Positions 18,867 to 26,750 of a stretch of DNA of 64,000 nt are shown here, in pieces. This DNA comes from Planctomycetota bacterium (GTDB taxonomy: Bacteria > Planctomycetota > Phycisphaerae > UBA1845 > UTPLA1), in NCBI GenBank assembly GCA_003576905.1, contig QEVG01000003.1, positions 51,357 through 115,356 on the forward strand, read 5' to 3'. The notes under the pieces are model-generated. The model saw only the letters and a list, made by a program, of their open reading frames with translations. It did no database searches and was not told where the DNA came from. Position 1 is the first letter of the stretch; each line of letters opens with the position of its first letter. Made by a program: the position numbers and the translations under genes.

Positions 18867-19691
18867 ATGAATCCGAAGGTTCAATTACGCACGCAGAGTT
18901 GCATTCAGGCCTTGGTTTGGTCTGCGTTGATCTTGCTGACGATTTCCCCAATGGGTCATGCCCAGCCGGGAATGTCCGGGCAATCACAGAAAGAAGATCA
19001 TTCGCGTCAAATCGAAAAGTCGACGATCTCGCTTGGCGAGGGCGACGGCAAGTTTTCTGCTTACTTCGCCAAACCCAGGACCGACGAAGCCTCGCCGGCG
19101 ATCATCCTCATTCACGAATGGTGGGGTCTGAACGACTGGGTGAAGAAGCAGGCCGATCGCTTCGCGGAGATGGGCTACGTCGCCATCGCGCCGGATCTGT
19201 ATCGCGGGGAGGTCGCCAGTGATGCCGAGCACGCGCACGAGCTGATGCGGGGGCTGCCGGATGAGCGGGCGGTGGCCGACATGAAGGCGGCGTTTGAATT
19301 CCTCGCGAAGCACGACGCGGTCAAGGGGAAGCCCATTGGCATCATCGGCTGGTGCATGGGCGGGGGTCTGGCACTCAAGCTGGCCATCGCCGAGCCGAGA
19401 CTTGCGTGCACCGTCATCTGCTATGGCCGCCCGGTGACGGAGGTGGAGCAGCTTAGGAAGATTAAAGGGCCGATCCTCGGCATTTGGGGCGAGACCGATC
19501 GCGGCATCGACGTGCCGCCGTTCGAAAAAGCTCTGAAGGAAGCAGGCGTGAAGGCCACGCACCATATCTATCCCGGCGCAGGGCACGCATTCCTGAACGA
19601 AACGAACAAGCGGGGGTACAACGCCGAACAGGCCAAGAGGGCGTGGGGAGAAATCAACGGTTTTCTTCAGAAGGAACTATCGGCACGGTAG
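18867..19691 (+). CDS. Secreted dienelactone hydrolase-family alpha/beta hydrolase
   Basis: N-terminal signal peptide (..LVWSALILLTISPMGHAQ). DLH-type core: ILIHEWWGLNDW..IAPDLYRG, a nucleophile elbow GWCMGG, and C-terminal PGAGHAF. Confidence 0.85.
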   Translation: MNPKVQLRTQSCIQALVWSALILLTISPMGHAQPGMSGQSQKEDHSRQIEKSTISLGEGDGKFSAYFAKPRTDEASPAIILIHEWWGLNDWVKKQADRFAEMGYVAIAPDLYRGEVASDAEHAHELMRGLPDERAVADMKAAFEFLAKHDAVKGKPIGIIGWCMGGGLALKLAIAEPRLACTVICYGRPVTEVEQLRKIKGPILGIWGETDRGIDVPPFEKALKEAGVKATHHIYPGAGHAFLNETNKRGYNAEQAKRAWGEINGFLQKELSAR

Positions 19692-19738
19692 CAGGTCTGT
19701 CATCGTGTCGTGTATTGCCCAACCTACAGGGATTTGCC

Positions 19739-21415
19739 ATGACTCAATTGCAAGCCGCCCGGAAGGGCATCATCACGCCCGAAATGATCCGCGTCGCCCA
19801 GCGCGAGTGCACGACGCCCGAGTTTATTCGAGACGAGGTTGCCCGCGGGCGACTGGTCATCCCGGCAAACGTGCGGCACCTGGCCGGCAGCGCCGGCGAC
19901 ACACCGAAGACCCGATCGATCGGCCACAACGGCGATCGCCAGCAGGTCGTCGACGTCGCGCACCCGGACACCATCACCGGGCACCCTGGCCATCGCGACG
20001 GCTCATCCTTCTGGGTCAACCAGACCGTCACCCAGCGATGGGCGGTCATCAACGACCCCGCCTATTGCCGCGGCCAGCGCGCCCCCAAGCGCCTCGACCC
20101 GATGGGCATCGGCCGAATGATCACCACCAAGATCAACGCCAACATCGGCGCCAGCCCGGTGACGAGCGATACGAATCTGGAGGTCGAGAAGCTTATGTGG
20201 GCGCAGAAATACGGCGCCGACACGCTGATGGACCTCTCCACCGGCGGGAATCTCGTCGAATGCCGACAGGCGCTCATTGACCACAGCACCATCCCCATCG
20301 GCACGGTCCCGATCTACAGCATGATCATCGGGCGAAACATCGAGGACCTGTCGTACGACGACATCCTCAAGGAAGTGCAGCGCCAGGCCGAGCAGGGCGT
20401 GGATTACTTCACCATTCACGCCGGCGTGCGGAAGGACAATCTGCACCTCATCAAGAAGCGGATCACCGGACTCGTTTCGCGCGGCGGATCCATCCTGGCC
20501 AAGTGGATGATCCACCACAACAAGGAAAACCCCATGCATACGCTGTTCGACGAGATCAGCGCGATCATGGCGCAGTACGACGTAACTTACTCTCTGGGTG
20601 ACGGCGTTCGCCCCGGTTGCCTGGCCGATGCGGGGGATGCGGCTCAGATCGCGGAGCTGGAGGCGCTGGGAGAGCTTGTGCATCGTGCCCGTGAGATGGG
20701 CGTGCAGACCATGGTCGAAGGGCCGGGCCACGTGCCGCTTCATGAGATCGCCTGGAACATGCAGATCGAGCAGCGCATCTGCGATGATGCGCCGTTCTAC
20801 GTGCTCGGCCCGTTGGTGACCGACGTCTTCCCCGGCTACGACCACATCACGAGCTGCATCGGCGCGACCGAGGCGGCGCGGGCCGGGGCGGCGATGCTGT
20901 GCTATGTGACGCCGAAGGAGCACGTGGGGCTGCCGAAGGCCGACGACGTCAAGCAGGGTTGCCTCGCCTACAAGATCGCCGCCCATGCGGGGGACATTGC
21001 CCGCGGCATTCAGGGTGCGCGACAGTGGGATGACGACATGAGCCGTGCCCGGGCGGCGTTGAACTGGCCGAAACAGTTCGAGATCGCCTTCGACGGCGAG
21101 ACGGCGCGAGCGCTGCACGATGAAGACCTCGACGTGGACACGGACTTCTGCGCCATGTGCGGGCACGATTGGTGCAGCATGCGGATCAGCAAGGAGATCA
21201 CCGAGTGGGCCAGCGGCAAGGCCGAAGGCTTCACACCTGAGAAGCGGGCGGCAAAGAGCCCTGGGCTGACGCGCGAGCAGATTGAGTATCTGGCGCACCG
21301 CGGCCAGAAGCACGCGTGCCACAGCGACAACGTGAAGGACGACGAGGAGGCCAAACGGGTGCAGAGGGAGTATGTGCAGGTAGGTATTGAAACGGCATCG
21401 GCCGGTCGGAGATAG
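19739..21415 (+). CDS. thiC: Phosphomethylpyrimidine synthase ThiC
   Basis: MTQLQAARKGIITPEM.., KINANIG.S, DTLMDLSTGG, TIHAGV, TGLVSRGGS, and the C-terminal CAMCGHDWCSMR Fe-S motif. The upstream part of the listed ORF overlaps the DLH gene and is not used. Confidence 0.95.
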   Translation: MTQLQAARKGIITPEMIRVAQRECTTPEFIRDEVARGRLVIPANVRHLAGSAGDTPKTRSIGHNGDRQQVVDVAHPDTITGHPGHRDGSSFWVNQTVTQRWAVINDPAYCRGQRAPKRLDPMGIGRMITTKINANIGASPVTSDTNLEVEKLMWAQKYGADTLMDLSTGGNLVECRQALIDHSTIPIGTVPIYSMIIGRNIEDLSYDDILKEVQRQAEQGVDYFTIHAGVRKDNLHLIKKRITGLVSRGGSILAKWMIHHNKENPMHTLFDEISAIMAQYDVTYSLGDGVRPGCLADAGDAAQIAELEALGELVHRAREMGVQTMVEGPGHVPLHEIAWNMQIEQRICDDAPFYVLGPLVTDVFPGYDHITSCIGATEAARAGAAMLCYVTPKEHVGLPKADDVKQGCLAYKIAAHAGDIARGIQGARQWDDDMSRARAALNWPKQFEIAFDGETARALHDEDLDVDTDFCAMCGHDWCSMRISKEITEWASGKAEGFTPEKRAAKSPGLTREQIEYLAHRGQKHACHSDNVKDDEEAKRVQREYVQVGIETASAGRR

Positions 21416-21480
21416 GTTCGGGCCTGAATCTTGATCGAGGCCCTGTACCAGATGACCAACACTTCGTGAAGGAATGGCAA

Positions 21481-21816
21481 ATGGATGTCTTTCGGGTGGT
21501 CCTGCGTGATGATATCTGTGAGGATGTGGCTATCAGGTGGCAGTCTCAGTTGGTAGACACTCTGAACTGCATTCTAAAGACCCGAGGGGTATCAGATCGC
21601 GAATTGCGACGTGGGATCCTTGAAGAGTTCTTTTTCTCCATGGCGTCGCTTCTTGATGGCGTTGCCGGTGGAATCGAGTTCGAGGGCATGCAGTATCGAC
21701 CTCGACTCGTGTTTGACGACCCTTCGACACCCGGGACGATCCTGGTGTCCGACGCATTTGATCTGCACGACTATACACATTCGGATATTGCAAGCATGCT
21801 AGCCGAAGAGACGTAG
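21481..21816 (+). CDS. Hypothetical protein (orphan, low-GC islet)
   Basis: ATG at 21481 preceded by GAAGGA (an alternative GTG is at 21466). Acidic, with no recognisable family. A hand count of the first 120 nt gives about 51% GC. Confidence 0.5.
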   Translation: MDVFRVVLRDDICEDVAIRWQSQLVDTLNCILKTRGVSDRELRRGILEEFFFSMASLLDGVAGGIEFEGMQYRPRLVFDDPSTPGTILVSDAFDLHDYTHSDIASMLAEET

Positions 21817-21846
21817 AAAGGACTCCAGACTTGGGAGTACCCAGAC

Positions 21847-22416
21847 ATGCCAGACGGATTCCGCCTCGGTGACTTCACTTTCCTCGCGCCCGGAGAACTT
21901 GCACCTATCGACCGCAGTGGCATGCGTCCACGACATCCTTTGCTCGGAGCTGCGCCACCAGACTGGCTAGCTGGATTGGTCAGAGAGGCGGCTTACGAAG
22001 GCCCCGCCCGTGTCCTATGGAATGGCGACTTCTGCGGTCATGGTGAACCTGCTTATTCCGTGTTCGATGTTCGAATCGAGAATCAACTGCTCCTTGATGT
22101 TTGCCACATTCAAGACGTCCAAATAGGCACGATCTTGATGGCGCGACCAGCAAGTTCAGAAAGTCCATGGCGTGTATTGCATCAGGGAGATTGGTTTCGA
22201 TTGGGGACGAAAAGGCCCACATCCCCGGTCTCGAAGCGCGGCAACGACTTCACGGCGCAGGCCGGGCCCGGCGGTAGGACAGGCATGCGTTTGGCGATCG
22301 GATTCGAGTACCCGATTGAGTGCACCTCGCCCAATGATATTAGCTGGGTCACAGTAGCCTTGATGGAGGATGGCGCGTCTGAAGTATCTTGTATCGTGGA
22401 TGAAGAGCTGATTTGA
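21847..22416 (+). CDS. Hypothetical protein (orphan, low-GC islet)
   Basis: 189-aa ORF with no recognisable motifs and the same atypical composition as its neighbour. Confidence 0.5.
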   Translation: MPDGFRLGDFTFLAPGELAPIDRSGMRPRHPLLGAAPPDWLAGLVREAAYEGPARVLWNGDFCGHGEPAYSVFDVRIENQLLLDVCHIQDVQIGTILMARPASSESPWRVLHQGDWFRLGTKRPTSPVSKRGNDFTAQAGPGGRTGMRLAIGFEYPIECTSPNDISWVTVALMEDGASEVSCIVDEELI

Positions 22417-22461
22417 CGTCGATTCAACCATCCCCACCGGCTGCAACGTGAGGCAACAACA

Positions 22462-22827
22462 ATGAACTGCGTCAACGTGAAACACAAATTGGCAACCTTT
22501 ACCGACACCTGGTCCCCCAAGATCGTCGGTGAATTGAATGGCCAGTACGTCAAACTCGTCAAGTTCATCGGCGAATACGTCTGGCATCATCACGCGAATG
22601 AAGACGAGCTGTTTCTCGTCTTAGAGGGCGAGTTCGATCTGCATTTCCGCGATCGGGTCGTCACCCTGCGCGAGGGAGAGTTCTGCATCGTTCCGCGCGG
22701 GGTCGAGCACAAGCCCGTGGCCAAGGAGCTTTGCAGCGTGATGCTCTTCGAGCCGGCCGCCACGCGAAACACCGGAAATGTCGATCACGCCTACACCATC
22801 GAACCAGACGCCCTCGATCGTATCTGA
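22462..22827 (+). CDS. Cupin-domain protein
   Basis: Cupin motifs G.YVWHHH..EDELFLVLEG and IVPRGVEHKP. Confidence 0.85.
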   Translation: MNCVNVKHKLATFTDTWSPKIVGELNGQYVKLVKFIGEYVWHHHANEDELFLVLEGEFDLHFRDRVVTLREGEFCIVPRGVEHKPVAKELCSVMLFEPAATRNTGNVDHAYTIEPDALDRI

Positions 22828-22925
22828 CCGACGCATGCCGGTCCCGCGCGCTTTGCTATTATCGCCCCACACGCCCGACGCAGTGAGTCGTCCGGGCATG
22901 CGGTCCGAGACACAGGAGAAACCCT

Positions 22926-23576
22926 TTGCAAGCCCTTTCGCCTGAGGCGCTCGTTTGCCAACTCAAGTGGCGCTACGCCGTCAAGAAGTTTGACCCCGCC
23001 AGGAAGATTTCCCCGGACACCTGGGCGGCCCTGGAGCAATCGCTGGTGCTGACGCCCTCGTCCTTTGGTCTTCAGCCGTGGAAGTTCCTGGTTATCACCG
23101 ACCGCGCGATGAAGGAAAAGCTCGTGCCGCTCTCGTGGCGCCAGACCCAGCCGGCGGATTGCTCGCACTTCGTCGTATTCGCCGCGCGCACGACCCTCAG
23201 CGAACGTCACGTCGACGAGTATGTCGCCCGGGTGGCCGAGGTCCGAGGGGTACCGCCGGACTCCCTTGCGGGTTTTCGAAAAATGATGATCGGAACACTC
23301 GTGCCGCCCAGGCCAGGCTTTGAAATCAAACACTGGGCGTCGCTTCAGGCGTACATCGCGCTGGGCAATTTCATGACATCCGCCGCGGTGATCGGCGTCG
23401 ATACCTGCCCCATGGAAGGAATCGAGCCGGCGAAGTACGACGAGCTGCTCGGGATCTCGGATTCCGGTTTTGCAACAATTGTCGCCTGCGCCGCCGGGTA
23501 CCGGGCGGCGGACGACAAGTACGCCGTTGTTCCCAAGGTCCGATTCCCGGCGGAGGTGGTCGTTCAGCGCGTCTAG
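22926..23576 (+). CDS. NAD(P)H nitroreductase-family oxidoreductase
   Basis: LKWRYAVKKFDP..LTPSSFGLQPWKFLVI, typical of NfsB/FRase-like nitroreductases. TTG start. Confidence 0.88.
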   Translation: MQALSPEALVCQLKWRYAVKKFDPARKISPDTWAALEQSLVLTPSSFGLQPWKFLVITDRAMKEKLVPLSWRQTQPADCSHFVVFAARTTLSERHVDEYVARVAEVRGVPPDSLAGFRKMMIGTLVPPRPGFEIKHWASLQAYIALGNFMTSAAVIGVDTCPMEGIEPAKYDELLGISDSGFATIVACAAGYRAADDKYAVVPKVRFPAEVVVQRV

Positions 23577-23609
23577 CGTGAGAGGGCTCCTTGTTCGCAA
23601 TGGTGCCTC

Positions 23610-24272
23610 ATGGTCCGCGGAAAGTCGCAGACACGGCCGAAGAATGGGAACGACGCAAAGACCGGCAGGTCCGCTACGAAGCGCGCCGCCGCGCAGCGCA
23701 CGCCGTCCACGTCGGACCGGCATCCGCTTTTTCGTGCCTACCTGGCCGTAAGCCTCGACGGCTACATTGCCGACAGCCGCGGCAGTGTGGACTGGTTGAA
23801 TCCGTATTTCAGCCCGGAGATTGACTTCGGGGCGTTCATGAGATCGATTGGCGCGATCGTCGTCGGCCGCGCGACGTATGACTGGGCCGCCGCCCACGGG
23901 GGCGCAACGGCGCACTTTGGCGGCCGAACGATCGTAATGACCCATCGGCCGATCCTAAATGTGCCGGCCGGAGTTGAAGCGTATTCCGGCGACGTTCGCC
24001 CGCTGGTCGAGCGTCTGAAACGCGAACTTGCCGGCCGTGACAAGGATGTCTGGCTCATGGGCGGCGGGAAGTCGCTCGCTGCTTTCCATGAGGCGGGACT
24101 CGTGGACCGATGGGAACTGGGGATTATGCCGGCGCTGCTCGGTGACGGCATTCCCCTCTTTCCTCCCGGCGCCGGTGCCGTCGAGCCGCTTCGGCTGGTC
24201 CATCAGCGCGTGCTGAAGAGCGGCATGATCGAGGCATGGTACGAGCCGCAGCGCGGAACCGCCCGCCTATGA
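23610..24272 (+). CDS. Dihydrofolate reductase-family protein (RibD C-terminal domain), with a basic N-terminal extension
   Basis: YLAVSLDGYIADSRGSVDWL..IVVGRATYDW..VWLMGGG.S. There are about 38 extra basic residues at the N-terminus. Confidence 0.8.
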   Translation: MVRGKSQTRPKNGNDAKTGRSATKRAAAQRTPSTSDRHPLFRAYLAVSLDGYIADSRGSVDWLNPYFSPEIDFGAFMRSIGAIVVGRATYDWAAAHGGATAHFGGRTIVMTHRPILNVPAGVEAYSGDVRPLVERLKRELAGRDKDVWLMGGGKSLAAFHEAGLVDRWELGIMPALLGDGIPLFPPGAGAVEPLRLVHQRVLKSGMIEAWYEPQRGTARL

Positions 24273-24479
24273 TCTTGTCGCGGTGAAACCTGGCAAAGGG
24301 TCTTCCGCGCAGCGATAAGGGATCACCCTCGATCCGGAGCACCCCGTCGGACGGGCAACGACGCGCGACCCGGTGCATCCGATTTGACTCCAGACGGGGC
24401 GGCGACTATTTTCCGCCCCCGTATTCTTGTTTTTGCACCTGGCGTCCTGAGTCCCATTCATCAAAGGAGAGGCATCATC

Positions 24480-25289
24480 ATGAAACGATTCAATGTTTCG
24501 ATTCCACTGGCTGTTTGCAGCATGGTCGGCCTGATCGGACTGAGCTGGCCGCTCAGCGTTCACGGCGGGACGGAGGCCGTCGCCACGACCGGAAGCCCCA
24601 TGGTGGAGATCACCAAGCGCTGCCCTAATCTCCGCTACATCGGCCGCGATGCGGCATTTGAGATCGTTGTCACAAACCGTGGAACCGGTCCGGCGATGAA
24701 TGTCACCGTCACGGACAACATTCCCTCCGGCGTGGAGTTCATCAGCGCCGACAACGGCGGACAGCGCTCCGGCAGCAACGTGGTCTGGCGACTCGGCACG
24801 CTCCAAGCCGGACAGAGTCAGACGCTGACGGTCAACGCCCGGTGCAACAAGATCACCACTGTGCGCAACGCGGCGACGGTCACTTACTGCGCAGAGGCCA
24901 CGGCAGTCTGCGAGTTTCCGGTGCGCGGGATTCCCGCCATTCTGCTCGAATGCGTCGATGATCCGGATCCAATCGAAGTCGGCAGCCAGCTCACCTACAC
25001 GATCATCGTCACCAACCAGGGCACCGAGACCGGCACCAACATCGCGATTCAATGCACGCTGCCGCCGGAGCAGGAGTTCGTAAAGGCCGCGGGCCCGACC
25101 GATGGCACCTCCGCGGGCAAGGACGTTACGTTTACGCCGCTGGCGACCCTTCCGCCGAAGGCCAAGGCGGTTTACGCGGTCACGGTTCGCGGCATCAGTG
25201 CGGCAGACAGCCGGTTCCGCGTGACGCTCAAGAGCGACCAGACCGATACGCCGGTGATGGAGACCGAGAGCACGCACATTTACGAATAG
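24480..25289 (+). CDS. Secreted DUF11 'conserved repeat domain' protein, Cys-rich (OmcB-like)
   Basis: AGGAGA RBS and a signal peptide (MKRFNVSIPLAVCSMVGLIGLSWPLSVHG). Two DUF11-type repeats (..FEIVVTNRGTGPAMNVTVTDNIPSGVEFIS.. and ..LTYTIIVTNQGTETGTNIAIQCTLP..) with several conserved-looking Cys. Confidence 0.8.
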   Translation: MKRFNVSIPLAVCSMVGLIGLSWPLSVHGGTEAVATTGSPMVEITKRCPNLRYIGRDAAFEIVVTNRGTGPAMNVTVTDNIPSGVEFISADNGGQRSGSNVVWRLGTLQAGQSQTLTVNARCNKITTVRNAATVTYCAEATAVCEFPVRGIPAILLECVDDPDPIEVGSQLTYTIIVTNQGTETGTNIAIQCTLPPEQEFVKAAGPTDGTSAGKDVTFTPLATLPPKAKAVYAVTVRGISAADSRFRVTLKSDQTDTPVMETESTHIYE

Positions 25290-25319
25290 CACGTTTTGTG
25301 CGATTATCGAATACCACGC

Positions 25320-25357
25320 CCGGCAGCGCGCGGCCCGCGCTGTCGGGGCCTTTTTTT
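25320..25357 (+). terminator. Rho-independent terminator after the DUF11 gene
   Basis: GGCCCGCGCTGTCGGGGCC hairpin followed by TTTTTTT. Confidence 0.75.
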
Positions 25358-25571
25358 GCCGGCCGCCCACCGAAACGGCCATTCCCACGGACAGAACCAT
25401 CTTCGCACGGCCCGATTCTCGAATTGACCCTCAAACGGATCGTCCCATCCCTGACAATTGTCAATGCGCAGGGCAGCGGAAGGCCCGCCGAGGGGGTATG
25501 ATTCGGCCTTCCCAATGGGTCAAGTGCCAAGCGTGGCCCAGGCGGGTCCGGGCGACGGGCCCGAGGCAGAC

Positions 25572-26054
25572 ATGATCGACACATCGAAAGTGACGGACCG
25601 GCGCCGACTGCACTTCGACAATCCACGGCAGCTCCATAGCGACGTGGACCGGATCGTAGCGTCCGAACGAACTGGCACGCTTCGCCGAACCGGCAACTGG
25701 ACCACGGGCCAGATCCTCGGACATCTCGCGGCATGGATTGATTACGCCTACGACGGATACCCGGTCAAGCCGCCGTGGTTCATCAAGTTCATTCTGCGCT
25801 TCGCGAAGAAGAGATTCCTGCGCGGTCCGCTCAAGGTCGGCGTCAAGATTCCAAAAGTACCCGACGGCACCTACGCGACCGAGCCGCTTTCGGTCGACGA
25901 AGGTCTGGCCCGCTTCAACCGGGCGTGGGCGCGGCTCCAGGATCGCCCGCCGACGGCGCCGAACATCCTGTTCGGACCATTGACACACGAAGAGTGGATT
26001 CAATTGAATCTGCGCCATGCCGAGCTGCATCTTGGCTTCCTGCATCCGCGCTGA
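25572..26054 (+). CDS. DinB-superfamily protein (DUF1569-like)
   Basis: ..W..GQILGHLA..I.. followed by C-terminal FGPLTHEEWIQLNLRHAELHLGFL, characteristic of DUF1569/DinB_2. Confidence 0.75.
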   Translation: MIDTSKVTDRRRLHFDNPRQLHSDVDRIVASERTGTLRRTGNWTTGQILGHLAAWIDYAYDGYPVKPPWFIKFILRFAKKRFLRGPLKVGVKIPKVPDGTYATEPLSVDEGLARFNRAWARLQDRPPTAPNILFGPLTHEEWIQLNLRHAELHLGFLHPR

Positions 26055-26076
26055 ACGCGAATCGACGAGTCAACTC

Positions 26077-26361
26077 ATGGCCGACGCCGATCACTGGATG
26101 CGCATCCTTTACGGATTCGGGGCGTTCGTCCTGGCTGCGAGCCCGATACTCGCGATGGTGATCTTGTCGCGATGGCAGAAATCTCGCCTCGACCGGTACA
26201 GCGACCTGGGGCCCACCTGCGACCGCTGCGGCTATCTCCTGATCGGGCTCAACGATTCACGCTGCCCGGAATGCGGCACGACGATCGCCCGGGAAACGAT
26301 CGAGGAATTGGAGCGAAGCATTTCAACGCGTCCTGCCGAGGACCCCGGCCGCGATGCGTGA
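26077..26361 (+). CDS. Small membrane protein with C-terminal CxxCGY..RCPECG zinc ribbon
   Basis: One TM helix (ILYGFGAFVLAASPILAMVIL) followed by CDRCGYLLIGLNDSRCPECG. The motif matches the one in the ORF at 9693-10067. Confidence 0.6.
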   Translation: MADADHWMRILYGFGAFVLAASPILAMVILSRWQKSRLDRYSDLGPTCDRCGYLLIGLNDSRCPECGTTIARETIEELERSISTRPAEDPGRDA

Positions 26362-26407
26362 CGGCCGCGAAGACCGCGATCGATCTGCAGGCCGGGCAGT
26401 GGCGCAG

Positions 26408-26626
26408 TCATTCCCTTGGCCCCTTTGCGGCGAGAATGCGCTCGATCTCATCGGCGCCCATACCCCGATCCACCAGAGACCGCTTGAGGGCGTTTTCCGA
26501 CCGGGTCTTCTCGATGCTTCTCCAAGCCATGGAGACTGACGTGACAATCGCGATCAGGCAACCCATGATGATTGCAATGTTCTCCACGCGAAACAGGGCA
26601 TTCCAGTTCACTTCCGCAAGCATCAT
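26408..26626 (-). CDS. Small single-pass membrane protein, hypothetical
   Basis: ATGATG start at 26626 preceded by GGAGGA. One TM helix (IAIIMGCLIAIVTSVSMAW) and a charged C-terminal helix. Confidence 0.55.
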   Translation of the reverse strand: MMLAEVNWNALFRVENIAIIMGCLIAIVTSVSMAWRSIEKTRSENALKRSLVDRGMGADEIERILAAKGPRE

Positions 26627-26750
26627 TGGACATCCTCCACCACGAGAGTACACCCACGATTCTTTAGGGCTTTCGGCCCGGGAAGCTGTGCCTCCCGCGG
26701 ACGTATTATGCCGGGGGTCACCAATATTTGCCTATCCGTCCCGGAGCGGG

